Shown: one piece after another, positions 20,581-32,154 of the stretch
Layout of the letters: the number at the start of each line of letters is the position of its first letter
How positions within the stretch are numbered: the stretch's first letter is position 1
Origin: Callorhinchus milii
Lineage: Eukaryota
DNA length: 41,992 nt
Direction: 5' to 3'
Assembly (NCBI RefSeq): GCF_018977255.1
Contig: NW_024704766.1
Span: 7,338,009-7,380,000 of the forward strand
The notes under the pieces: model-generated
What the model was told of the DNA's origin: nothing
Databases searched by the model: none
The model's input: only the letters and a program-made list of their open reading frames with translations
Position numbers and translations under genes: made by a program

Positions 20581-23262
20581 TGTGTGTGAGTGGGTGTGAG
20601 TGAGTGGGTGGGTGTGAGTGGGTGGGTGGGTGTGAGTGGGTGAGTGTGAATGAGTGGGTGTGAGTGTGAGTGAGTGGGTGGGTGTGAGTGAGTGTGAGTG
20701 GGTGTGAGTGGGTGTGAGTGAGTGGGTGTGAGTGGGTGGGTGTGAGTGGCTGTGAGTGAGTGGATGTGAGTGGGTGGGTGTGAGTGGCTGTGAGCGGGTG
20801 GGTGTGAGTGGGTGTGAGTGAGTGGCTATGAGTGAGTGGGTGTGAGTGGGTGGGTGTGAGTGAGTGTGAGTGAGTGGCTGTGAGTGGCTGTGAGTGGGTG
20901 GGTGTGAGTGGGTGTGAGTGGGTGGGTGTGAGTGGCTGTGAGTGAGTGGGTGTGAGTGGCTGTAGTGGGTGGGTGTGAGTGGGTGTGAGTGAGTGGTTGT
21001 GAGTGAGTGGGTGTGAGTGGGTGTGAGTGGGTGGGTGTGAGTGGCTGTGAGTGAGTGGGTGTGAGTGTGAGTGAGTGAGTGGCTGTGAGTGGGTGGGTGT
21101 GAGTGGGTGGATGTGAGTGGGTGTGAGTGGGTGGGTGTGAGTGGGTGTGAGTGGGTGGGTGTGAGTGGGTGTGAGTGGGTGTGAGTGGGTGGGTGTGAGT
21201 GGGTGTGAGTGGGTAGGTGTGAGTGGCTGTGAGTGAGTGGGTGTGAGTGGGTGGGTGTGAGTGGGTGTGAGTGAGTGAGTGGATGTGAGTGGGTGTGAGT
21301 GGGTGTGAGTGAGTGAGTGGGTGTGAGTGAGTGGGTGTGAGTGGGTGTGAGTGGGTGGGTGTGAGTGGGTGAGTGGGATGTGAGTGGGTGTGAGTGGGTT
21401 TGAGTGGGTGGGTGTGAGTGGGTGTGAGTGGGTGTGAGTGAGTGGGTGTGAGTGGGTGGGTGTGAGTGGGTGTGAGTGGGTGGGTGTGAGTGGGTGTGAG
21501 TGGGTGGGTGTGAGTGGCTGTGAGTGGGTGTGAGTGGGTGGGTGTGAGTGGGTGTGAGTGGCTGTGAGTGGGTGTGAGTGGGTGGGTGTGAGTGGGTGTG
21601 AGTGTGTGTGAGTGAGTGGGTGTGAGTGGGTGGGTGTGAGTGGCTGTGAGTGGGTGGGTGTGAGTGGGTGTGAGTGGGTGGGTGTGAGTGGGTGGGTGTG
21701 AGTGGGTGTGAGTGGGTGGGTGTGAGTGGGTGTGAGTGGGTGGGTGTGAGTGGGTGTGAGTGGCTGTGAGTGGGTGTGAGTGGGTGGGTGGGAGTGGGTG
21801 TGAGTGGCTGTGAGTAGGTGTGAGTGGGTGTGAGTGGGTGTGAGTGGGTGTGAGTGGGTGGGTGTGAGTGGGTGTGAGTGGGTGGGTGTGAGTGGCTGTG
21901 AGTGGCTGTGAGTGGGTGTGAGTGGGTGTGAGTGAGTGGGTGTGAGTGGCTGTGAGTGGCTGTGAGTGGGTGTGAGTGGGTGTGAGTGGATGGATGTGAG
22001 TGGGTGTGAGTGGCTGTGAGTGGGTGTGAGTGGGTGTGTGTGAGTGGGTGTGAGTGGCTGTGAGTGGCTGTGAGTGGGTGTGAGTGGGTGTGAGTGGGTG
22101 GGTGTGAGTGGGTGTGAGTGGGTGGGTGTGAGTGGGTGTGAGTGGGTGGGTGTGAGTGGCTGTGAGTGGGTGTGAGTGGGTGTGAGTGGGTGGGTGTGAG
22201 TGGGTGTGAGTGGGTGGGTGTGAGTGGCTGTGAGTGGGTGGGTGTGAGTGGGTGTGAGTGGGTGGGTGTGAGTGGCTGTGAGTGGCTGTGAGTGGGTGTG
22301 AGTGGGTGGGTGTGAGTGGCTGTGAGTGGGTGTGAGTGGGTGGGTGTGAGTGGCTGTGAGTGGGTGTGAGTGGGTGGGTGTGAGTGGCTGTGAGTGGGTG
22401 GGTGTGAGTGGGTGTGAGTGGCTGTGAGTGGGTGTGAGTGGGTGGGTGTGAGTGGGTGTGAGTGGGTGTGAGTGGGTGTGAGTGGGTGTGAGTGGGTGGG
22501 TGTGAGTGGGTGTGAGTGGGTGTGAGTGGGCGGGTGTGAGTGGGTGTGAGTGGATGGGTGTGAGTGGGTGTGAGTGGGTGTGAGTGGGTGTGAGTGGGTG
22601 GGTGTGAGTGGGTGGGTGTGAGTGGGTGTGAGTGGGCGGGTGTGAGTGGGTGTGAGTGGGTGGGTGTGAGTGGGTGTGAGTGGGTGGGTGTGAGTGGGTG
22701 TGAGTGGGTGGGTGTGAGTGGGTGTGAGTGGGTGGGTGTGAGTGGCTGTGAGTGGCTGTGAGTGGGTGTGAGTGGGTGGGTGTGAGTGGGTGTGAGTGGG
22801 TGGGTGTGAGTGGGTGTGAGTGGGTGGGTGTGAGTGGCTGTGAGTGGGTGTGAGTGGCTGTGAGTGGGTGTGAGTGGGTGGGTGTGAGTGGGTGTGAGTG
22901 GGTGGGTGTGAGTGGCTGTGAGTGAGTGGCTGTGAGTGGGTGGGTGTGAGTGGCTGTGAGTGGGTGTGAGTGGGTGGGTGTGAGTGGCTGTGAGTGGCTG
23001 TGAGTGGGTGTGAGTGGGTGGTGTGAGTGGGTGTGAGTGGGTGGGTGTGAGTGGGTGTGAGTGGGTGGGTGTGAGTGGCTGTGAGTGGGTGTGAGTGGCT
23101 GTGAGTGGGTGTGAGTGGGTGGGTGTGAGTGGGTGTGAGTGGGTGGGTGTGAGTGGCTGTGAGTGAGTGGCTGTGAGTGGGTGGGTGTGAGTGGCTGTGA
23201 GTGGGTGTGAGTGGGTGGGTGTGAGTGGGTGTGAGTGGGTGGGTGTGAGTGGCTGTGAGTGT
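20581..23262. repeat. 2.7-kb compound simple repeat (GTGAGTGGGT / GTGAGTGGGTGGGT / GTGAGTGGCT units)
   Basis: Direct reading; more degenerate at the left end. Confidence 0.98.
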
Positions 23263-23324
23263 GCGCTGGTGGTGGGACACAGCCGATGGCGAGTGGCGCG
23301 GTCCCTCCCGGAGAACCTGTATCT

Positions 23325-23338
23325 GTTGCTATGGTAAC
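23325..23338. promoter_or_regulatory. RFX X-box in a CpG-rich patch; likely CFAP68 promoter
   Basis: GTTGCTATGGTAAC fits the palindromic X-box consensus; surrounding 23262-23400 is CpG-rich; it lies upstream of a ciliary gene. Confidence 0.75.
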
Positions 23339-24026
23339 GAGCCGCCGTCTCGGGTACCGACGCGGCGACATTGATGAGAGAAGATGGGGTTCGCGGTTCA
23401 CTGTGAGTCACTGTTTTATGACTGTTTCTCTGCCTTAAGTCAAAGGCTGTGATCGCATTAGACATTCACTCTAATTTGTGCCCTTTTCGCTATTCGGACA
23501 CCTTCACCTCCACACGTTCGTCATTGTTCATCCATTTGTGATGTTGGGTTGAAAATTACAGCGTTTCGTAATGCCATTTTGTGTGATAATTATGAATAAT
23601 TATCGAGATTGTGTATTGCTAATTATCAGTAAAGGGTTACATTGTTATGTGTGTTACATTATTATATCAATTATCCCCCAAATTATTACTCATATGAAAA
23701 TAATTTTACCCCCCCCCCCCCCTTGCTCATGGGTAAATGTTGCTAAGGTTTGAGTGACCAATAAATAAATAAAAAATAAAAAAACTTGTCACTGAATCCA
23801 TACCTGTCTGTGGGACACTGCTGTTGTGATTGACCCGCGAATTACACAGTCACTCCACTTTACAATATATTCAGTGAAGCTCTTCAATGATGTGATAAGG
23901 CACTGTATCAAATGTAAGGATTGTTATTATAATAGTTTTATAATTACAGCATAATTATGGATTTTTGAAACGCTGGAATTTCCAGTCTTTTGTGTGCAAA
24001 AATGAGATAACAAAAAATAATATTCC

Positions 24027-24217
24027 GAGCCTTGAGGTGACAAGTGCGTGGGTGAGGGTTTGGGGGCCTGAGGGGTGAGGCAGTGGCGGAATCTGGCAAT
24101 GTTGCGGAGGTGGTGGTAGGCAGTGCCGGTCATGGCGCGGATGTGGGAGAGAAAGGACAGTTCAGGGTCAAACAAGACCCCCAGGTTCCTGACTGCCTTA
24201 GTGAGGGTGAGTGTGCA
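24027..24217 (-). mobile_element. Older L2 fragment, 3' part (host of the nested insertion)
   Basis: AVRNLGVLFDPELSFLSHIRAMTGTAYHHLRNIAR; continues at 26581. Confidence 0.85.
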
Positions 24218-26580
24218 ACAACAACAACAAGATTGCATTTACAGAGCGCCTTTCACATCGGGAGGACGTCCCAAGGCGCTGGACAGTTGGGTCAGGACCC
24301 GAGCATTGGGGGGAAATGGTCAGGGTGAGGGGAGGGAAGGGAGGGAGCGAGGAGGGGGGAAATGGTCAGGGTGAGGGGAGGGAAGGGAGGGAGCGAGGAG
24401 GGGGGAAATGGTCAGGGTGAGGGGAGGGAAGGGAGGGAGCGAGGAGGGGGTAGAGAGTCGAGAGGGGAGCTGAAGGCTGAAGGTCAAAGAGAAAGGTCTT
24501 GAGACCGGCCTTGAAGGAGGAAAGGGAGGAAGCGGCGAAGGCACTGGGGATGGAGTTCCAGAGCCTCGGGGCTGAGAGGCTGAAGGCCACCGACTGTAGG
24601 GCGGTTGGGGCGGGGGATGTGGAGCAGACCGGAGCCAGAGGAACGGAGGGTACGGGCAGGTAGGTGGGGGATAGTAGGTCAGAGAGGTAGGAGGGAGCGA
24701 GGCCGTGAATGGCCTTGTAGGTGAGGATGAGGATCTTGAATTCGATCCTCTGGGGGATGGGGAGCCAGTGGAGGCGAGCGAGGGTGAGGGCGAGGGTGAG
24801 GGCGAGGGTGGGAGTGATGTGGTCGCGGTGTCTGGTGCGGGACAGTACACGAGCTGCAGAGTTCTGAATGACCTGCAGTGTGGAGGGAGGGCCGGGAAGG
24901 CCGGCGAGGAGAGAGTTCCCATAGTCCAGCCTTGAGGTGATAAAGGTGTGGACCAGAGTTTCAGCCGCGTGAGGGGTGAGGTAGTGCCGTAGTCTGGCGA
25001 TGTTCCGGAGGTGATGGAAGGCGGTGCCAGTTGTGGCGCGGATATGAGGGAGAAAGGACAGCTCAGGGTCGAACAGAACCCGAGGTTCCTGATGGCTTTG
25101 AGAGGTGGAGAGTGCGGCCTTGGATGCTGATGCTGTCAGCGCCTGAGGTGCGGAGGCGCTGACGTGAGCCAATCAGGAGGGCCTCAGTTTTGCGCACGTT
25201 GAGCTGAAGAAAGTTGTCTCTCGTCCAGGACTCGATGTCGGACAGACAGCTGTCAGGACATCGGGGGTCGTGGAGTTGAGGGTAGAGGAGGAAAGGTAGA
25301 GTTGGGTGTCATCCGCATACATGTGGGAGTTAACCCCATGTCTGCGGATGATGTCACCACAGGGGGAGCATATAGAGGGTGAAGAGGAGGGGACCGAGGA
25401 CAGAGCCCTGAGGGACACCGCACGAGACAGTGCGGGGGGTGGAGGAAAAGCCGTTTGTGGAAACAAAATGAAGACGGTGGGAGAGGTACGACCTAAACCA
25501 CTCAAGGACAGGCCTTGAAGGTTGAGATGGGAGTTCAAGCGGTGGAGGAGGATAGTGTGGTCGACCGTATCGAATGCTGCCGATAGGTCGAGGAGGACGA
25601 GGAGGCAGAGGGAGCCCTGGTCACAGATGGTCAGGATGTCATTGGTGACCTTGACCAGGGCAGTTTCAGTGCTGTGGGCAGCACGGAAACCCGACTGAAG
25701 GGGTTTGAATAATGAATGGGTGGAGAGGAAAGAGCGCAGCTCGGAGGCGACCACTCTTTCAAGGACCTTGGACAGGAAGGGGAGGTTGGAGATGGGCCGG
25801 AGATTGATAGCTGCGACGCATCAAAGGAGGGTTTTTTCAAAGTGGGAGTGATGATGGCAGTTTTTAAGGGAATGGGAACAGAACCACAGGAGAGGGACAG
25901 GTTGATGATGTCTGTGATATGTGGGGCAAGGAGGTGGAGCTGAGAGATAAGGAGTGGAGTGGGGATGGGGTCAAGGGAGCAGGTGGTGGGTTTCAGGGAA
26001 AGGATGAGTTTGGTGACAGAGGGTGGGGAAACGGGTTTGAAGGTGTGTAGGGGAGGATGGGTAGGAGTCGGAGTGTGGGAGGGAGGGGGTGGGGGGTGGG
26101 TGGAGGTTGGAGGGGAAGTGACTGTGGAGTGGATTCCCTTGATTTTGGATTCAAGGAAATCCAGCATCTCCTCGCAGTGAAGGTTGGAGAAGATGACCTG
26201 CGCGGGGTGGCGGGGGGGACGGAGGAGTCCGGATGTGGAAGAAAACAGTAGCCTGGGGTTGTTCTTCGCCTCCAGGATTATCCTGGAGTAGAAGGACGAC
26301 TTGGCCGAGGCTAGAGTGGAGCGGTAGATTTTGAGGAGGTCCAGCCAGATTTGTTGGTGGACCGTTAGGCCAGATTTGAGGCAGGTGCATTCAGCACCTG
26401 GCTCTTCAGTGAGCGGAGGTGGGTGGTGAACCAGGGGGAGGAGCGAGAGTAGGAGACAGTACTGGAGGTGATGGGGGCAAGGGTGTCGAGTGTGGAGGAG
26501 AGGGTGTTGTGGAGGAGGGTGAGAGGAGAAGAGGGGTCAGTGAGGGTTGAAGGCCACAGGGAGAGGAGTTCAGAGGAAAA
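24218..26580 (-). mobile_element. 5'-truncated L2-type LINE (2.36 kb, frameshifted RT) with a 9-bp target-site duplication
   Basis: [41 protein letters not shown] and HWLPI motifs; flanked by GAGTGTGCA at 24209-24217 and 26581-26589. Confidence 0.94.
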
Positions 26581-27392
26581 GAGTGTGCAGCCATGGAGGC
26601 TGATGCTGCCAGTGCCTGAGGTGCGGAGGAGCTGGCACGAGCCAATCAGGAGGGCCTCGGTCTTGCTGACGTTCAGTTGGAGAAAGTTGTCCCTCGTCCA
26701 GGACTTGATGTGGGATGGGCAGTCGGTCAGGACACCAGTAGTCCTGGATTGAGGGTGGAGGCAGAGAGATAGAGTTGTGTGTCATCCACATCCATGTGGA
26801 AACTTACTCCATGTCTGCGGAGAATGTCACCAAGGGGGAGCATGTAGAGGGTGAAGAGGAGCGGACCGAGGACAGAGCCCTGAGGAACACCGCACGAGAT
26901 GGTGCGGGGGCTGGAGGAGAAGCCGTTTGCTGCGACGAAGTGGAGGCGTTGTGAAAGAACCTTGAAGGTTGAGGTGGGAAAAGAGGCGGTTGAGGAGGAT
27001 TGAATGGTCCACGGTGTCAAAGACAGAGGAGAGGTCAAGGAGGACGAGGAGGCAGAGGGAGCCCTGGTCACACATGGTCAGGATGCCGTTTGTGACCTTG
27101 ACCAGAGCAGTTTCCATTGCTGTTGGTGAGGAGAGGAAAGAGCGGAGCTGGGAGGTGACGGCTCTCTCAAGGACCTTAGACAGAAAAAGGAGGTTTGAGA
27201 TGGGCCGGGAGCTGGATAGCTGTGATGGGTCAAGGGAAGGTTTCTTCAAGGTGGGGGTGATAATGACTGTTTTGAGGGGGGAAGGAACAGTGCCAGATGA
27301 CAGGGAGAGGTTGATGATGTCGGCGAGTAGTGGGGCAAGGAGGTGGAGCTGGGATTTAAGGAGAGGGGTGGGGATGGGGTCCAGGGAGCAAT
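26581..27392 (-). mobile_element. Older L2 fragment, 5' part
   Basis: [29 protein letters not shown] and [13 protein letters not shown] motifs. Confidence 0.9.
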
Positions 27393-27399
27393 CCTCAAT

Positions 27400-27712
27400 A
27401 TAGCACCTTATCACGTCTCATAACGCTTCACAGAATACACAGTAAAGTGGAGTGACTGTGTATTTTGTGGACGAAACACACAAAATCTGGGGGATTGCTG
27501 GCCAGGAAAGCGGGAGAAAATTCCTTCTCCTTATGAATGGTGTCACAGGATCTTTAACACCCACCCGAACAGGCAGCCGGTGCTTTGGATTCACGACTCT
27601 CTGACGGACGGCACCTCCAACAATGTGATTCTCCCCCCAGCACTGCACTGAAGCGTCAGCCTAAACTGTGAGCTCAAACCCCCTAAGATCGGGGCTTGAA
27701 CCCATGACCTAC
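27400..27712 (-). mobile_element. Deu-domain SINE
   Basis: 'gacggcacctccaacaatgt...gcactgcactgaagcgtcagcctaaac...ggggcttgaacccatgacc'. Confidence 0.7.
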
Positions 27713-28362
27713 TTAGAGTAGAGTGACCACATTTTGTAAATCAAATCCGGGGAAACATCTATTGAAAACAATTGAACTCACCACACATTACCTGGTGATG
27801 GCAGTATTGGAAAAGCTTCTTGGATTAATGGCTGTCCTTTCTCTGTTTTAGAATGTTATTGTTCTTTCTCAGTTTGTCGCTGACAGAGCAACTTTGACTC
27901 CAAGGACACAACAACAATAATAATAATCTTTGCATTTGATATAGCGCTGTTCTGTTAATTTTGATATCGCGTCATTGAAAAGTCTCGAAGTGCTTCGTGG
28001 AATATATTGCCTCTGTTTACCCAATTGTCAATTGGTAGATTGCTTTCCGTGGATAATATTCCCTTCAAAAAAAATTGAATAATAATTTGGTCACTCAATC
28101 CACACTGCTGTGCGCAATTGGCTGCCGTGTTTCACCCACAGAATATAGTCAATTCACTTTACAGTATATTCTGTGAACATAAGGCACTTCATCAAATGCA
28201 AGAATAATTATTATAATTGGGCACAATCACATTGTTAGAGAAAAATAATAAATGCACCTTCTATGTTATTTGATTTGAAATTTCAACATCTGGTCACTCT
28301 AATTTATAATTTTGCCCACAAAATATTCAGTCATAATAGTAAAATATTCACAATAGTTGTTA

Positions 28363-28795
28363 AAAGAAAGAGAGGAGGGGAGGGGAGGAGAAATGTTTTC
28401 ACACAGCGAGTTGTTGGGATCTGGAATGCGTTGCCTGAAAGGCCGGTGGGAACCGATTCGACAACAACTTTTAAGAGAGAAGTAGATAATTATTTGGGGA
28501 GGAAAAGTTTGCAGCGCTGTGGGGAGAGGGCGGGGGAGTGGGGTTGATCAGGGCTATGGGGAGAGAGCGGGGGAGTGGGGTTGATCGGGGCTATGGGGAG
28601 AGCGCGGGGGAGTGGGGTTGATCAGGGCTATGGGGAGAGAGTGGGGAGTGGGGTTGATCAGGGCTATGGGGAGAGAGTGGGGAGTGGGGTTGATCAGGGC
28701 TATGGGGAGAGAGCGGGGAGTGCGGTTGAATTCAAAGCTGTTTTCAAAGAGCCGACACAGACACGATGGGCCGAATGGCCTCCTTCTGTGCTGTG
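28363..28795 (+). mobile_element. CR1-type LINE 3' end containing a 37-bp tandem array
   Basis: RRNVFTQRVVGIWNALP...FKREVDNYL (CR1 ORF2 C-terminus) and 3' terminus 'gggccgaatggcctccttctgtgctgt'; array at ~28512-28725. Confidence 0.85.
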
Positions 28796-28994
28796 TGTTT
28801 GTGGGACGTTGCTGTGCGCAATTGGCTGCCGCATTTCGCCCACAAAGCATACAGTCAATTCACTTGACAGTATATCCTGTGAAGAAGCACTTTGCGACGT
28901 CTAGAAGATACGATAAGGCGCTATATCAAATGCAAGGATTATTATTATTATATTATTATTATTATTATTATTATAACGCTCTATCACAACATTG

Positions 28995-29280
28995 GAGTCC
29001 TGTAGCTCAGTGGTTAGAGCACTTGGCTCGCAAGCGAGTGACCTGGGTTCAATTCCCAGCAGAGCGAAACGATGATAATAATCATTGAAGCAAAAAAAAT
29101 AAATTGGTCACTTCAATCCGCGACTGTTTGTGGGACGCTGCTGTGCGCAATTGGCTGCCGCGTTTCGCCCACAAAATATGCAATCAATTCACTTTACAGT
29201 CTATTCTGTGAAGTGTTTTGATACGTTGTGCGTGAAAAGCGCTATATCAAATGTAAGGTTATATTATACTAATGCCTGAG
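28995..29280 (+). mobile_element. tRNA-derived SINE (internal deletion) with a 10-bp target-site duplication
   Basis: Intact A and B boxes; CACAACATTG at 28985-28994 and 29281-29290. Confidence 0.88.
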
Positions 29281-29464
29281 CACAACATTGAGACGTCTCA
29301 AATTGCTTCACTGTAAAATTGGATTAAAATTATTATTTTTTAGATGAAACATTAATTTAAATAAATGACAGAGCCGGAAACTGAGCCAAACAGATTGACC
29401 GACAAAGTGAGAAATACCACTTGAAACACTGTCACAGAGACTGACCACTGCAATTGACAACGTC

Positions 29465-30096
29465 NNNNNNNNNNNNNNNNNNNNNNNNNNNNNNNNNNNN
29501 NNNNNNNNNNNNNNNNNNNNNNNNNNNNNNNNNNNNNNNNNNNNNNNNNNNNNNNNNNNNNNNNNNNNNNNNNNNNNNNNNNNNNNNNNNNNNNNNNNNN
29601 NNNNNNNNNNNNNNNNNNNNNNNNNNNNNNNNNNNNNNNNNNNNNNNNNNNNNNNNNNNNNNNNNNNNNNNNNNNNNNNNNNNNNNNNNNNNNNNNNNNN
29701 NNNNNNNNNNNNNNNNNNNNNNNNNNNNNNNNNNNNNNNNNNNNNNNNNNNNNNNNNNNNNNNNNNNNNNNNNNNNNNNNNNNNNNNNNNNNNNNNNNNN
29801 NNNNNNNNNNNNNNNNNNNNNNNNNNNNNNNNNNNNNNNNNNNNNNNNNNNNNNNNNNNNNNNNNNNNNNNNNNNNNNNNNNNNNNNNNNNNNNNNNNNN
29901 NNNNNNNNNNNNNNNNNNNNNNNNNNNNNNNNNNNNNNNNNNNNNNNNNNNNNNNNNNNNNNNNNNNNNNNNNNNNNNNNNNNNNNNNNNNNNNNNNNNN
30001 NNNNNNNNNNNNNNNNNNNNNNNNNNNNNNNNNNNNNNNNNNNNNNNNNNNNNNNNNNNNNNNNNNNNNNNNNNNNNNNNNNNNNNNNNNNNNNNN
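29465..30096. other. Assembly gap (632 N)
   Basis: Run of N. Confidence 1.
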
Positions 30097-30229
30097 ACAC
30101 ACTCTCTCTCTCCCTCTGTTACTCTCTCTCTCTCTCTATTGACACTGTCTCTCTGTTTCTCTCTCTCTCTGTTTCTCTTCTTTCTCTCTCTCTCTCTCTC
30201 TCTGTTTCTCTCTCTCTCTCTCTCTGTGT
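30097..30229. repeat. (CT)n-rich microsatellite between two gaps (second gap 30230-30254)
   Basis: Direct reading. Confidence 0.9.
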
Positions 30230-30279
30230 NNNNNNNNNNNNNNNNNNNNNNNNNTGATCCAGGGGGGCGGGGGGGTGAT

Positions 30280-31178
30280 GGGCTGGGAGAGAGCGGGGGA
30301 GTGGGGTTGATCAGGGCTATGGGGAGAGAGCGGGGAATGGGGTTGATCAGGGCTATGGGGAGAGCGCGGAGGAGTGGGGTTGATAATAATAATAATAATA
30401 ATCCTTGCATTTGATATAGCGCTTTTCACGTCGGGAGGACGTCCCAAAGCGCTTCACAGAACACACTGTAAAGTGAATTGACTGTATATTTGTGGGCGAA
30501 CGCGGCAGCCAATTGCGCACAGCAATGTCCCACAAACAGTCGTAGATTGAAAATGACCAATTTATTATTGTTTTTGGTTTTGGAGGATTATTATTAGGCT
30601 CTGTGTGGAGTAAGGAAACTTGCCCAAGGTTTCGCCCTCTGCCTGGAATTGAACTCAGGTCTCTCACTTGCAAAGCGAGTGCTCTAACCACTGAGCTACA
30701 GGACTCCACTCAGGGCTATGGGGAGAGCGCGGGGGAGTGGGGTTGATCAGGGCTATGGGGAGAGAGCGGGGGAGTGGGGTTGATCAGGGCTATGGGGAGA
30801 GAGCGGGGAATGGGGTTGATCAGGGCTATGGGGAGAGCGCGGGGGAGTGGGGTTGATCAGGGCTATGGGGAGAGAGCGGGGGAGTGGGGTTGATCAGGGC
30901 TATGGGGAGAGCGCGGAGGAGTGGGGTTGATCAGGGCTATGGGGAGAGCGCGGGGGAGTGGGGTTGATCAGGGCTATGGGGAGAGAGTGGGGGAGTGGGG
31001 TTGATTAGGGCTATGGGGAGAGAGTGGGGGAGTGGGGTTGATTAGGGCTATGGGGAGAGAGCGGGGGAGTGGGGTTGATTAGGGCTATGGGGAGTGGGTT
31101 GATTTGGAAGCTCTTTTCAAAGAACCGGCACAGACACGTTGGGCCGAATGGCCTCCTTCTGTGCTGTACAATTCTATG
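30280..31178 (+). repeat. 37-bp minisatellite (~13 units, split by a SINE) ending in a CR1 3' terminus
   Basis: Unit CAGGGCTATGGGGAGAGAGCGGGGGAGTGGGGTTGAT; CR1 end 'gggccgaatggcctccttctgtgctgtacaattctatga'. Confidence 0.9.
30384..30710 (-). mobile_element. tRNA-derived SINE inserted in the minisatellite
   Basis: Head at ~30707 (reverse complement GAGTCCTGTAGCTCAGTGG); insertion falls between 'ttgat' and 'cagggct' of one unit. Confidence 0.88.
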
Positions 31179-32154
31179 AAGTGGCTGTGACACTTTTCAG
31201 AGAGAGCCATGGAAATAGCTATCCATCAAGTTTGACTTTGTACGGCAGATATATTGATCGTTCCTGCAAACCCGATCGGAACCTGATTGGATCTGGAACC
31301 CGATTCTATATTTACACAATGTGTGGAGCAATTTAGGACGTTCAGAATTTGGCAAAATCGTTGAATTCAGCTTGGATTAATTTTTCCCGGCGGTTTGGAA
31401 AAGAACTTTGGAGAGAGATAAACGACTTCAAGTTAATAATAATTCTTGCCTTTGACACAGCGCCTTATCACGTCATTGACACGTCTCAAAGAGCTTCACA
31501 GAATATACTGTAAAGCGGCGTGACTGTGTATTTTGTGGGCGAAACGCGACAGCCATTTGCGCACTGCAGCGTCCCCACAAACAGCCGTGAACGTGGCAAG
31601 ATGCCGGATTGAAATACAAAGATTGTTTTTATTATTATAACGTTAGCAATAATGAGCAGTGGGTATGGAGTTGCTTCACTCTCTCTCTCTTTCTCTCTCT
31701 CTCGTTCGCAGTCTCCCACATTGGTCAACAGCAGGAAGTCAGCAAATAGACAGCCGTTTGTTACTATAGCACCAGGTTGAGAAGCTACTGTGGTTATGTT
31801 CATGGAAGGCATGAGGGAGGGACGGAGGGAGGTATTGTGGTAGAGGAAATGATTGCACAGGCGAGAGGCAGGTTGTCTCAAATGTGGAAACAAAAAGCCG
31901 TTCACGTTTTAAACTCATTGCTTTGCTAAGTACTTGGGGACGTTCCCCTCAATGTGTAAGGTGTGATGTAAACGTATGTTTTGTTTTTATATCGTATCGT
32001 AATTGTAATTGGGAGCCAAATGAGAGAGATGAGCGCAAATTCCCTGCAGCTGAATGTCGGGCAGACGGAAGCCATACTCTTTGGTTCCCGTTAACGTCTC
32101 CTCTTCTGTGGGTCCAAACTCCTCAACCTCCCCGGGATCTCCCTCAGACTCTCC

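Noticed and set aside
20542-23465. 912-aa and 879-aa His/Thr-rich ORFs as genes
   Set aside because: Products of a stop-poor simple repeat that is open in all three minus frames.
24218-27392. Intact or domesticated reverse transcriptase gene
   Set aside because: Frameshifted, 5'-truncated, and made of two nested L2 copies.
27770-27900. Two minus-strand donor-like sites (CAG|GTAATG, TG|GTGAGT) as an upstream CFAP68 exon
   Set aside because: No sustained reading frame or promoter evidence; untestable without transcripts.
29308-30447. Long ORFs spanning the gaps
   Set aside because: Artefacts of N runs and (CT)n repeats.
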